64,000 bases of DNA from Heptranchias perlo (taxonomy: Eukaryota), in contig NC_090365.1 in assembly GCF_035084215.1 (NCBI RefSeq), positions 9,176,001-9,240,000 of the forward strand, given 5' to 3'. Positions 35,865-47,960 of this stretch are shown here, in pieces (the stretch's first letter is position 1; each line of letters begins with the position of its first letter). The translations under genes were made by a program, and so were the position numbers. The notes below the pieces were generated by a model, which was not told where the DNA came from, did no database searches, and saw only the letters and a list, made by a program, of their open reading frames with translations.

Positions 35865-36698
35865 ATGGTTGGGAAGGGCGTGAAACGTAAACGCCATGGC
35901 GATGGGGGCGTGGACTCCTGCCAGAACCTTGCTGACTGTCCGCAGTCCTACAGCCTTAAGCGGCAGCTGGTGCTCAACACCTCACTGAATAAGATGCAGA
36001 GTGGACGGATGCTGCCGGAGCTCAGTCTCCGCCGCACGGTGCTGATCGCCAACACTCTGCGGCAGATCCAGGAGGAGATCCGGCTGGAGAGCAGTCAGCT
36101 GGCGTCGGCCATGGCCTTGGATGCCGGGGGCGGGGAATTGGGTGGCCAGAAAGAGCCCCTGCCCTCACGGCTGACCACAGAGAGCCACCCATCTGGGTTT
36201 GGGGACGGCCTCGAAGACTACATGTCCGTTGCCTCCGATGAGGACTTCTCCCTATCCTCCGCCATCAACTCCATCCTCCGGGACCTTGACCTTGTTATTG
36301 ATGGGAGCCCGTCACAATCACCCCTGCGGGACACCCTGGACTTGACGGAGGCAATGGACACGGCGGCAGAAGACGGGGACGAAGAGGAGGTCCAGTCTTC
36401 TGAGCCTTCTAGACCTTTGGAGTCTGTATTCGGCAGCTTTGAGATCATGAGCTCCAGTTACCTGGTGGGTGTGACCTTGGACGACCTCTTCCTCGACATT
36501 GACACCTCCGTGTGTGACTGTGACGCTTCTGCAGCCGGGCCGGCTCCGAGTGGCAGGGTGGCGCCCCCTAGCGTGGCTGACGACCTGGCCAAGTGTTTCT
36601 CCTCGTGCAATTCCTCCTCTTCACTCGGAGCGAATCCGAGCTTAAGGACCGACCTGAACGACCTCGATCACATCATGGAGATCCTGGTCAGCTCCTGA
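35865..36698 (+). CDS. SERTA-domain transcriptional cofactor (SERTAD2/CDCA4-like), 277 aa, single coding exon
   Basis: N-terminus MVGKGVKRK, SERTA domain (YSLKRQLVLNTSL...LRRTVLIANTLRQIQEE), acidic region (TLDDLFLDIDTS) and C-terminus DLDHIMEILVSS. A splice acceptor ttctcctttatcttgcag ends at 35858, 6 nt before the ATG. Confidence 0.93.
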   Translation: MVGKGVKRKRHGDGGVDSCQNLADCPQSYSLKRQLVLNTSLNKMQSGRMLPELSLRRTVLIANTLRQIQEEIRLESSQLASAMALDAGGGELGGQKEPLPSRLTTESHPSGFGDGLEDYMSVASDEDFSLSSAINSILRDLDLVIDGSPSQSPLRDTLDLTEAMDTAAEDGDEEEVQSSEPSRPLESVFGSFEIMSSSYLVGVTLDDLFLDIDTSVCDCDASAAGPAPSGRVAPPSVADDLAKCFSSCNSSSSLGANPSLRTDLNDLDHIMEILVSS

Positions 36699-39600
36699 GG
36701 AGCTGCCTCACTGTGACAGGCTACTGACTGACCTCCATAAGCCAAAGACCCCCCCCCCCCCCTTCACTTACTGGGGATCGGGGGGGAGCGATGCTGACAG
36801 TCCCGTTGCTTATTTTCTACTCAGGGCTCCAAATCAACATGGGGCAACGTTTCAGATCAGTGTATATGAAGGGGAGGGAAGGGCTGTAAATAGATGTAAT
36901 TTTTATCAATTGGTTTGGGCCCTACCAACAACATTGAGCAAATGTGCCTCTGGGCAGCTGCACAAGGCCCTCTGAGAGACAGATCAAAGTTACTCCATAT
37001 TGTAACCTAGAAATAAGATTGAACTTTTTTTTAATTAATGATCGCGCTGAAAGTGTGCGTGTGTTTTCTCTGAATTTTGCTTTTATTTGTCCGCCAGCTG
37101 GATTTGAAGTTTTATTGAGATTATATAAGGGAAGAGTGTTGTCCTTTGGAGCCTCCGTCTGACCGTGAAGCGACGGATTGTGATGTTAGCCGAGTGTGTT
37201 AGTCCGCGCTCTGGGGAAACGAGACGAAGCTGCTCTCGGAGGAAGGCACTGCCCTGCACTCCCACTCGCCGGTGCTGTTACAGGGTATGTCTCAGTGATG
37301 AAGTCAGGCAGGGGCTTAACCTTGTCAGCATTGGAAATGGATTGGGATTGGTCTTTATATGGGTGTCTGCCAGGTGAATTTAGAACTGAAAGTGTTTAAT
37401 CTCTGCAGCTTTAGAACTGAGTAACGGGGGCCAGACTCCGAATGTCTTGCTATACTGTAGTTTCAAGACTTGGCACATTTGTTGTCCAGCTTTGAGACCA
37501 GTTTCCTCCTTCCTCACACCCCAAACTTGCACTGTGGACATTTGACCTGCTAAGGGGCATAGAAAGTGATTGTATTGCACCCTAGCCCCACAGTCGCCTT
37601 GCTGCTGTGGTCTGAAGCAGTCCTGTGCCTTAATGTTCTACGTACCTTGCAGAGAGTGGGAGTCTCGTCTGGCTGCCGACCCTTCACCTGGGCCTCCCAA
37701 GTATTCTGTTCCGAACAGAATCATTTACATTTTCAGCTGTGTGCACTGCCTTTTCTGATCTAGGACTTGCAGTTTTGTTCCTGGTGCGGAGGAGGATAAC
37801 AGCTGACGGTGGACTGTTTGAACCCCTGGTACGTGACAGAAACTGTAAACCCCCCCCAACCCCCACCCCCGGTTTGCTAAAAGCCTTTTGTGCAGTTAGC
37901 TAGCTCGGCAGTCCTGACTGGTACAGTGTAGTGGTGCTGAAGTGACCATACGCTGATGACCCTCAGTCCCCATTTGTGTTTCCTCCACCTCCGAATGTTT
38001 ATATATTTCTTCCTGCAGCATAAAGGGTGGAAGCTCTGAATTTCAGGGGAAATTATTTCAATTCTCCAGCTTTTGACGCTCTCTTTTCGCTGCAGGGGGT
38101 GCTGTACCATTCAGTATTTGTTTAGTGATTTTTAAGGCGTTGTGATTGTTTTCTTCTGATATAAGTAGATATTGAGAACATGGGCACTGCTGTAGAAAGT
38201 TGACGTCCCCTGTTTTTATGAGAAGCTAGGTTAAATAGCCATATTAACCGACCGGTGTTTTATGACCGCACTATAGGCACAGTTAAGTATTTTAAAACTT
38301 TGTTTCATGGCGGCACATTGCATGGAGCAGAGTTTTAAGTAATCTGCGTTGAATTTTTTGTACTGTATATATGCCACTTAATTTGTCTTCCTGTGTAATT
38401 TTTTGAGGGGGGAGGGTTCAGATGAAGTATAAATTTAAGGGGAAGGCTTGCCTTTCTGAGCCAGTCCTAGAATTATCCTTTTCATGTGGGGAAATTGAGC
38501 AGGATTTTTTTTTAAAAAGACTGTGATTTAGCGAAGTATTCCCAGTCACCGCAGTTAATAATAGTTTTCTTCCCTAAGGGGTTTGGATTGAGATTAAACG
38601 TGAGGCGCCCAGCAAGGGAGATTTTACATCGGCTTTAAATGGGTTTTCTATCAGTGATTTGTAAATCATGAAGCAGCAAGAGTGCTTTAACACTAGGAGT
38701 GGAGAAAGGTGCCTCGGGGATTACTGATGGCCAACAGTGGCCTGTGACCACACGTGTTGCTAAACTGATTGAGTGCACTAGAGAGAGTCCAGCAGTGGCT
38801 ATCCTGTACACAGGGTTTTTTTTTTGGTGGGGGGGGGGGGGAGGTTTTATTAAATAATTCTTCCATCAGCTGTGCTGCCTCGTTGCCCCAATCACTGACT
38901 TTTTAAGCTTCCCTGGGTTTATATTCCACACATTTGAGCAGTGCAGTGTTGACTGACATTTTGGGGAGGATGGAAAATGGAGAAACTAGGTGCATGCTTT
39001 TTTTTTGTTCTGTCACTTTATATTGTATTGATTTTGCACCTGGAATACTGAGCTGATAGTGTGACTTTTACCAAAACTCTTCCCTGCCAGTCTTTTCACT
39101 CGCTCACCGTTCCTGCATGGTGAAGCCTCGTATATTATGTCCCGTGGCCTGAATCTTGCACCCTAATTTAAACCACGTTTCGATCGTAAAACACATTTTC
39201 TATTCCACTTGCTAGTGAATGTTTCTATATTTTCTGCACAAGGCTCATTTGTACATACCATTACTCCCTCCCACTGTTAGCAGGCCTGAATTGTTTTATG
39301 CAGCAAACTAATTTTGTAATGTTGGCAATTCTGAACTTGCAACTTGGAGTGTCGGGCCTCCTACTGAACCGTACTGCTGCTCTCCCTCTAGGACCTGATG
39401 TTCCGTTTCTTTCAATTGGCCACTCGTGACACTACCTGCATTTCAGTGTTGACATTTTTGAGATTTTAACACTTTAAAAAACCTTGTGCTCTGTTTACTC
39501 TCCCTGTCAAACCAGAAGCTGCTTCCCTTATGTAGGACTGCACACTTAATGCCTGTCTCTAAAGCTCACTTTGTTCTATGCAAGTTTTAGCCTTATTCTC

Positions 39601-41995
39601 TCATTACTGAGGAATTAATTTTTAAAATAAAAAAAATCTTAATTTCACTTGTTAAAAAGATGTTTAAATATTGACTGACTGACTAGGGAGGGAGGAAGCG
39701 TTCTATGCTTTCACCCTCCCCAGACCAGGCTTTTGACTATTTAAGAAATAAAAGCCTCTCAAATGTTTCAGCGTTTCCCCACAAAATGAGAAAGAAGTTT
39801 TTAATGATGTTTTTAATGGTGCATTGCAGAATTACTGCAGTTCTTTCCAAGAAAAGCTACTGTAAAAGTGGGGCTACCTTGCATACCTGTGTTTAAAAAT
39901 CTGATCTTGATGTGGACAGTCAGCCTCTACTAACAGTACAGCGTTGGGGAAGGGTGGGGCGGGGGGAGGGGGGAGGGGAGGGAGTGTGCTGTTGGGAAAA
40001 TCCTGAAAGCTTGTGATATCATTAATCACTGGTTTATGATTGTGGATTGTGCAAGATAGCAAGGGTGAAGCTCCGATGTGCAGCTCCTCCATTGTCCCAG
40101 CTGCAGTCTGCTGTTTTGTGGATTGGGCTTTGCTGCTGCATAATTTTAATCGAGCTCTCTGGGGGCTGGAGAGGGAGGATGTGCTGTCCCAACCTCGGCA
40201 TTAAGATAAATCTGCATCGCTTACGAGGTTCTCTCACTGTTTTGTTGCTTTTAATGTAGCTTCCCATGCGATTTGTAAGCTTGCCTTTCTCTCCCAACCC
40301 CCTGCTTCCTTAGCCGTATTCTGAACAGGCAGCCGATCGGAATTTCAAGGAAGGATTTGCCCCAGCCCTGGCTTAGTACTACACGCGGTAAATTCACCAA
40401 CCCTCGTGCTCCCATCGAATGCAGCTCACTCAGCCTGGGAGCGAAGGATCGGTGACTGGGAAGCTCCAAGTCGGGCAGCGTCTGTGGAGAAAGAAAGAGT
40501 TAATGTTTCAGGTCGAAGGTTAAGAGTTCAGACCTGAGACGTTAACTCTTGTTTCTTTCTCCACAGATGCTGCCTCACTTGCTGAGCTTCTCCAGCATTT
40601 TCTGTGTTTTTCAGATTTCCAGCATCCGCAGTATTTTTCTTTTGATCCACAAGGATGTTGAGACAAGTCAGGCTTCAAACTTTTCCTGCCCCTTTTTTTT
40701 GGCTGCCCTGCCTATTTGGGGCAGGACATATTTTTGGCCCCTGGACACCAGGAGCCCGAGATTGCGGTTTTAAATTTGGCTACAGACACTTTGGTGAATG
40801 CTGTAAAGAAACTGAATGCGGGAAGCACTCGGCAGGTCAATCTGGAAGAGGAGGGCCTGGTTACTGTTTCGGGTGGGACCGTTCATTAACCAATCTCTCT
40901 CTTTCACAAGCTGACTCACCTGTTGTCCTTTTCCACATTCCCTGATTTCTCTGGTTGGTAAAAGCTAATTCCACAACCACAGACTTTCTGGAATTCAAAT
41001 GGACAATTGGGCTGTTAACTTAGCAATTGCTATTGGGTGTCTGTTATCCTTCCCTTGCAATATTAAGGGTCGTGAGCCATAGAATACTTTTAAAGTTGAC
41101 TATTGCTGTTGAACGGTGACAGTTGAAGGCCTGTTTTGATTAAGCATACCCCCTGTTGGAGAGAGCTGGGTGTTCAGAAAAGTTTTGTGTGTGTATATAA
41201 AAAAGACAATATCTGAGTTACGGGAGAATTATGTGAATTTTATTTAATGTTAATAGTTATATATTTATGAAAATGTTTAACGGGAAGTTTTGCTTCAATG
41301 CAGTAAGTCTTTTAGAGAAATTACACATCCTACCTGTAAACAGTTCCACACGAACCCAGCACAGCTGTTAAACACGGACCTCTTTAGGGAAAAGCAGTGG
41401 ACTCGAAAGGTTTTTATTTGGTCGGAGTTTCTCCTCTTCAGTGCTGAAGTAGGGCTGCACAGAGGCCAGCGGCCCTCCATTCCCTTCATGCACCAACCCA
41501 GCCTGCTTTGAGAGGGGGGGTTGGTGCTTTCGTTGATCTGTGCACACCTCGCGTCCACACACATGCACTTTCCGGTAAGGATTGCTGAATAGTGATCGAG
41601 AATGGGAACTCTTACCTTCCCCACCCACCCACTCCCCCAAAACCTCGAATACCACGGTTCATTGTAGCAGTACTGCCACTGTAGGAGTAGAGATGCTAAC
41701 TCCACTCTTGATTACAGTTTGAACTGGCGTCTCCAGCTCCAAAGTTTGCTCTTCGGTGCTTGTATCTGCAAGTAAGCCTCGTCTCCCATTAGGGCGAGGA
41801 CTGTAAGAGGAGCGGGGACTTTGGGCGCGTTAGGTGCGTGTTAGTTGAGCTGCTAATGCCGTACCTGGTTGGTGCCAACGGGTGTGCTGTGGTTTTGTGT
41901 ATCGAGCAGTGTGTGGTGCTGCTCAAATGTCTATGCAATTACTGTCCAATGAAAATGCAGGTATTTACATTTTCTTAAATAAAATAAAAACAACC
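36699..41995 (+). other. Probable long 3' UTR of the SERTA gene
   Basis: About 5 kb that is almost free of transposons and U-rich. AATAAA candidates near 39626, 39747 and 41978. Confidence 0.5.
40475..40645. mobile_element. Short inverted Penelope-derived fragment
   Basis: gcagcgtctgtggagaaagaaagagttaa...caggtc pairs with gacctg...ttaactct...tttctttctccacagatgctgc. Confidence 0.6.
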
Positions 41996-42099
41996 TGAAT
42001 TATGTGCATCTGTGAAGCTTTATTTCCCTGTTTATCACCACCTCTTTTTTTGGGATTGTGTGTATGCAACAACATGACCTGAATTCCTGATGGAGCAAA

Positions 42100-42482
42100 A
42101 GAAACACTTGCATTTATATAGCGCCTTTCACGACTTTGGAATGTTCCAAAGCGCTTTACAGCCAATGAAATACTTTTTGAAGTGTAGTCACTCTTGTAAT
42201 GCTGGAAACGTGGCAGCCAATTTGCGCACAGCAAGCTCCCACAAACAGCAATGAGATACTCAGAAAATGTTTTTTTTTAGAGGGATAAATATTGGACAGG
42301 ACACCCCCTGCTCTTGGAATAGTGCCATGGAATTTTTTTACATCCAACTGAGAGGGCACACAGGGCCTCTGTTTCATGTGTTATTCCTCAGTCCTGCACT
42401 GGAAGTGTTGGCCTAGATTTTGTGCTGGAGTTGGACTTGAACCCACAACCTTCTGACTTGCGAGTGCTACCAACTGAGTCAC
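42100..42482 (-). mobile_element. Deu-domain tRNA SINE
   Basis: Reverse-complement homology to the SINE at 14575. Confidence 0.7.
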
Positions 42483-42929
42483 TACTGAGGAATATATTGG
42501 GGCCTCTTGGAGGGGTGGTTGTAGGTTAGCTAAGTTCACCTAGTGGTGTATCAGGGTTTCATCATGATTACCTGGATCTTGCTCACGACAGCTGGAGAGA
42601 AATTTCCTTTGTTTCCTGAAATTGGCTGTAGTGTGGTTTTTTCCCCCCCCCCCCTTCTCTTGTCTTTACTAATGGTTGAGGGGGCACTGCCTGCGTGAGA
42701 TTGCACTGTCTTGAGGGTTAGGGTGAGCATTGATTGGCCTGGTGGTCTCTTATTCCGTGTAGAATGTGTTTTTGTAGTGGGCTGAGTCTTGCTGGAGGCC
42801 TTGCACTCAAAGTACACAGGAGTATCTCGGTGCTTCCCTCTTGCGAAACCTGGATTGGGAACCCATGTTATCTGTCAGTTTGGCTATGCTCAGTTCCCTG
42901 TCATACATATTCTTGTTATTGACTATTTG

Positions 42930-43320
42930 ACCTACATTGGCTCCCGGTCTGGCGATGCTTTCTTTTAAAATTCTCGTCCTTGTTTTCAGACCCCTCCATG
43001 GCCTCGTCGCTCCCTATCTCTAACATCCTCCAGCCCCACAAACCTCAGATCTCCGCGCTGCTCCAATTCTGGCCTTTGCACATCCCTGATTTTCATTGCT
43101 CCACCATTAGTGGCCGTGCCTTCAGCTGCTAGGCTGTAAACTCTGGAAATCCCCCCCTAAACCCCTCCACTTCGCTACCATTCCTCCTTTTAAGACCTAC
43201 CTCTTTGACCGCCTGTCCTAATATCTCATGTGGCTTGGTGTCATTTTATCTGATAACACTCCTGTGAAACGCCTTGGGATGTTTTACTATGTTAAAGGTA
43301 CTATATAAATGCAAGTTGAT
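42930..43320 (+). mobile_element. L2-like LINE 3' fragment
   Basis: Homology to 12915-13360. Confidence 0.65.
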
Positions 43321-45133
43321 GTACAGTGTTTTAAGGAGCCTTTTGTCCTGCGTCTCATTTCCCCTTAACATTGCTGCTTTATAATTGCCATAATGTGAGA
43401 CCACAAAGCTACCACTGATATAAAAATTAAACCAGGCTTTTAAATTGAAAGGCCTCACAGAGGGGGAATCCTTGAATATAAATCATGTGCAAGGTGATTA
43501 CTAGGCTGTTTTGATAATTCACCACACCCTCAGTCCTGAATTGGTTTAGATTTTAGTGAAGTCCTGCTGTGAGACTGCACTGCAGTGAATGGAGTAGGTT
43601 CAACCAGCTGCGCTAACCAGAATGCACACAAGGCTCTCAGTGGCTATATTTATCCAAGGCCTAGCTGGCATGTATTTGGCATGGAGTGACATTTACCTTT
43701 TATGAAGGGTAGGATAGAGTAACGTGAAGTGGGCATTGCTGGTTTAAAGCAATGAGAAATATTCTCCATGGCACCAGGTGGAAATGTAACAATACGAAAC
43801 TCGACAGCCATGTGGAAAAACAAGCTGTATTTTCCATTATCTCAATGAAGGCTCAGAGGTCAATTCTCAAATGTTGCAATACAATTGGCTTTCCAAGCAG
43901 TGTACATCTGAATAATAAATGTTGAACTCTGCATGTACTGGCTTATCTTCAATTTAATGCATTGAAACTGCCTGGAGTAGCTTTGGACAGCAATATGTGT
44001 ATGTACCAAATGTTGTGAATGGGAATGTATGGTCCTTCCCATTCAAGGCCTTACTGGAGAAGGATGTGCAGGCCTTTTCTCCTAACATCTTTGGATGGCA
44101 GATTCCACAAGCAGAGTGTCTATGAACTGAAATCTGCATCTCAGATGTGTACAGGTTAGTGCCGGCCAGGTTTAACAATTATCCCAAATTACTGTGGAAT
44201 ACATAGAATGCCCAACACATCTGTCACCTTTTTGAAGGTTGAAAATAATATGTGCAGGCTAAACTAACACATGAGATTTAGTTACAGGTGAAATAATATA
44301 CAGAAGCGAAAAAGAGCAAAGTGCTAATACGATACAGTGAATCTCACTCTATGCACTCATCTGTTTTAAAATGAGGAAACAGACCAAATTCTTAAACATT
44401 CATCAGCAAATTCTCAGAACAGAATGTTTTAATCGTAAGCTGGGTGTGGATAATGCCTCAGAATCCCTACTGGCATAAATTAGTGGAAAGGGAAATTGAA
44501 GACTGACAGTTTTATTTTTGAAGATCAAATGAGCTCCCCTTGTCAGGCATCACAAATATTAGTAATATCTAACATGGATAGACAAGATGGGAATGGAATG
44601 AGCTATGATCTGGAAGGCCCACTAGTCACTTGTTTTGACACCTGGCATCAATTGGGGGGAAAAAAAAGTCTCAAATAGAATCAGCATCTGAAATATCTCC
44701 TTCCTCATTCAAAGAAGGCTTACTAGGACCCCTGTCTGTCCAGTGCTAGCATTTATAGTTCTGCAAGAAGTGGTTAAGTGTAACCTTAAGATAACACAAC
44801 ACTAACATGGTGCAGGAGGGAGAGCTTCAGATTCCTGGGGCATGAGGGACCTGTACAAGCTGGGCGGGTTGCACCTGAACAGGGTTGGGACCAATGTCCT
44901 TGCAGGGAGGTTAACTAATGCTGTGGGGGAGGGTTTAAACTTGATTTTAATTTAAATTAATTTTAATTGAATTTAATTTTACGTTTAATTTGGCAGGTGG
45001 AGGGAAACCAGGACATAGCAGTAGAGGGGAAAGACAAGGTGCATGGAAAACTAGGAGGGACAAACCAGCAACAGAATAAAGAATAGTGTAGAGAGAGCAG
45101 GAATTGGAGGAAAAAAGCAAAGCCGACTAGCAT

Positions 45134-45765
45134 TGTTGAGACATGAATGAGGGAAAGAGAAACAGTGAAGACTGATAGGGTTGAACAGCCACCCAACTAA
45201 AGACAAGTCGACACATGTCCTTGCCCAGTAATTGACTTCCTATTGTACGGGTGCAAATTGAGTATTACTCAAAGCCCGGGAAACATATACATAAGATAAT
45301 TAGTTTTGAATTTGTTACTTGGTGAAGGACAAACAGAGACAGCCACTCTAGGAAACACAGATCAGTCAAATACAGGGAAGTCACACATAACTCTAAACAG
45401 GACACAGTAATCTGTGTAAGATAGAGTTTGATGGGAGAAAACTCACACCTAATTGAGGTGAACAAAGACAGAGCAATCTTTGTGGGGGAAATGGCTGTTC
45501 CAAAGCCAATTGGTTTTAAGTGGTGTTTGGGTGGCAAAGATACCCAGTCTATGTGTATTAGGTGGGTATTGGTGGGCGTGTCCAAGGTATGAGCAAAGAT
45601 AGCATAAAGGGACCACACTTTGGCTGTTAGCAGGGGGTACTGTCTGAAGAGCTCGTGCCTAGGCTTGACTGTATCCTGCTTATTGCACTGTAACATTGAA
45701 ATAAAGGCAAGACTAGAAACAAGGACCGAATCTGCCTATCACTTTACCCGACGGATTTAACTTCA
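45134..45765 (+). repeat. 5' LTR
   Basis: TG...CA termini; direct repeat of 49676-50307; contains AATAAA near 45700. Confidence 0.9.
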
Positions 45766-45766
45766 T

Positions 45767-45778
45767 TGGCGAGCCAGC
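45767..45778 (+). other. Primer-binding site complementary to the tRNA-Arg(ACG) 3' end
   Basis: TGGCGAGCCAGC lies 1 nt after the LTR and is complementary to ...GCUGGCUCGCCA, the vertebrate tRNA-Arg(ACG) 3' end as I recall it. Confidence 0.75.
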
Positions 45779-46482
45779 GTGGACTGCACTTTAAAGAGTC
45801 GTGCCAAAAACACAAAACAGGGGGACGGTCGAGACCGAACTGAAGTAAAGCCTGAATCAGCGGACCAGACTGCAGACGGGGACCGATTCGGGACGTGGAT
45901 TTCATCCAACCTATCAATCAACCCAAAGACAGACGACCAACAAGGTGCAGCAGTGAACCACGTATATTTGTGAGTATAATCCGGGTGTGATGGATAAGTA
46001 GTTATTATTTAGAAAGTTTTATAGCGCTATAAAGGAACCACTGTACCAGTTATACGGACCTCAACCTCTACAGGTACCATGGAAACGGCAGGTTGTTGCA
46101 AGGAGTAATTAAAAAGGAGACTGATCACCTCCAAGTAAGCCAAACCCAAGAAGGGGCAGGCTAAAGCCAAATCCAAGAGAGAACAGGCTATTGTTGTTGT
46201 AAGATTAAGCCGTAATTGTACAGAAAAACTTTAAAAAGGTTAAGCCGAATCCAAGAGGGAGCAGGCTATTCTGCTAGGATGGCAGAAAAAGAAATGGGAA
46301 ATAATGATTGCTGGATGCCATGGGCAATGGAATGGGCTCAGAAGCATTGAGACAAGGTTGGCCTGTCCGGCCTTGTCTTTCTTTTCTGTTTTATTTATTT
46401 CCTGGCACTTTTCTGTAAATCTGTAAGGAGGGTCGTTTGTGTTGGTAATATTAAAGCAGCCGATAAAGAGGACAGGGGAGTA

Positions 46483-47960
46483 ATGTGCAAATTAAGGAAG
46501 GAAAGGAGAGCCAGGGAAAGCGATCAAGAAACCAATAGAAAACTGCAAGTACGTTTAGCGGCATTGTCACTTGGGAAAGAGGAGGTTGAATCAGAGGAGG
46601 ATGATAGTGATGTCCCTAGGTGGGTCCCAGGAGCACAGGAAAAGGCAAGGAGGCACAGTGGGGAGAGCGAGGAGGATGAAGGTGCCTTACCCCCGTCAAG
46701 AGCAACAGGCAACATGGCCAGCAGGGCTCGGTCTTGGAGTAGACACGATGGGGAGGGGAGCCCGAATCTAGCACTGGTCATGACCAAATTGGTCTGGGCG
46801 GGAGGAAACACGGACGTGGCGGGGCAAACCCTTTACCAGTACGAGGCCAGACAGGTCAATAGAGACCTGACCCCCACAGAGCTATGTGCTCTTAGAGACC
46901 CTACCCAACTGCTAAATAAGGTCCGGTCGCTGCAGATGACCCATGCCCTGATTGATCCAAGCCGCATTATCCCCAAGTGTGGTATTGGCAGATGTCTTCT
47001 CCAGCGGACCAGACTTCCCGGCATATGACGCCCGGACAGCGCTGGTGCGATTGGGTGTCGGGTAATGGCAGATATGGGAAAGATGCTAGACCACAAACCA
47101 CGGGACGAGCACCCGACTCAGTACCTGAGGACTATTATGGAGGTGTACAATCAGAATCGGGGACAGAACCAACCTGTGGAGCTCTATGGGAACAATCCCA
47201 CGTTTTGGGACTTGGTGATCAACAAATACAAAAACGTTGTTAACCCAGCATGCGAGCACATGCTCCGCCAGTACGCCATGGAATTGACCGCAACACAGCC
47301 CCGACCAAGGATAGGAGAGGATATTAAGGCCTCCGTCCAGGCATGGTACGAGCCCAAGCAGGATCTGAAACCTCATACGGCCCAGAAAAGAACGGCAGCC
47401 GTTGTGACCAAGGAGGACGCATGGGGAAAAGTCTGTTATAATTGTGACAAACAAGGGCATTTTTCGAAGGAATGCAGACAGCAGAAGGTCTGTGGCAACT
47501 GCATTAAATCAGGATGTGCAAGAGGACAGTGCTGGGCGAAAGGGGGACGAGTATATGGCCAGGGACCCATGCAGAAAGGGATATCTGAACCCTCGGCCCC
47601 ATCTCCTCCAGACGAGCAAGACCTATATCGTGATGCTATTAGGACGCTCCAGAGTATGGTGGAGAAAGGGAGGGGGGGGTACTGCTGTGTGGATGGTAAC
47701 CATAACCCCTTTAAAAAGGAATTAAGGGGAATGGCCTCCATTGCAGCAGTGAGTCGGCTCAACTTTGACAGGGTAGATAGACCATATGTCCCAATCATGG
47801 TAAGAGGCGGTCAACACGACTTTTTAGTGGACACAGGAGCCGCCTGTTCGATCATTCACCATAAACACCTTCTGCCTAGTGGGAGGCGCCTCTTATGGGG
47901 GTAGGAGGAGGCAGTGTCTCGGCTGAGGTGACTGTTCCCCTCCAGCTGAAAATTGGAGAT
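46483..47960 (+). pseudogene. Frameshifted gag-protease
   Basis: CCHC knuckle CYNCDKQGHFSKEC, a degenerate second knuckle, and the aspartic protease motif FLVDTGA in ORF 47065-47904. Confidence 0.85.
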
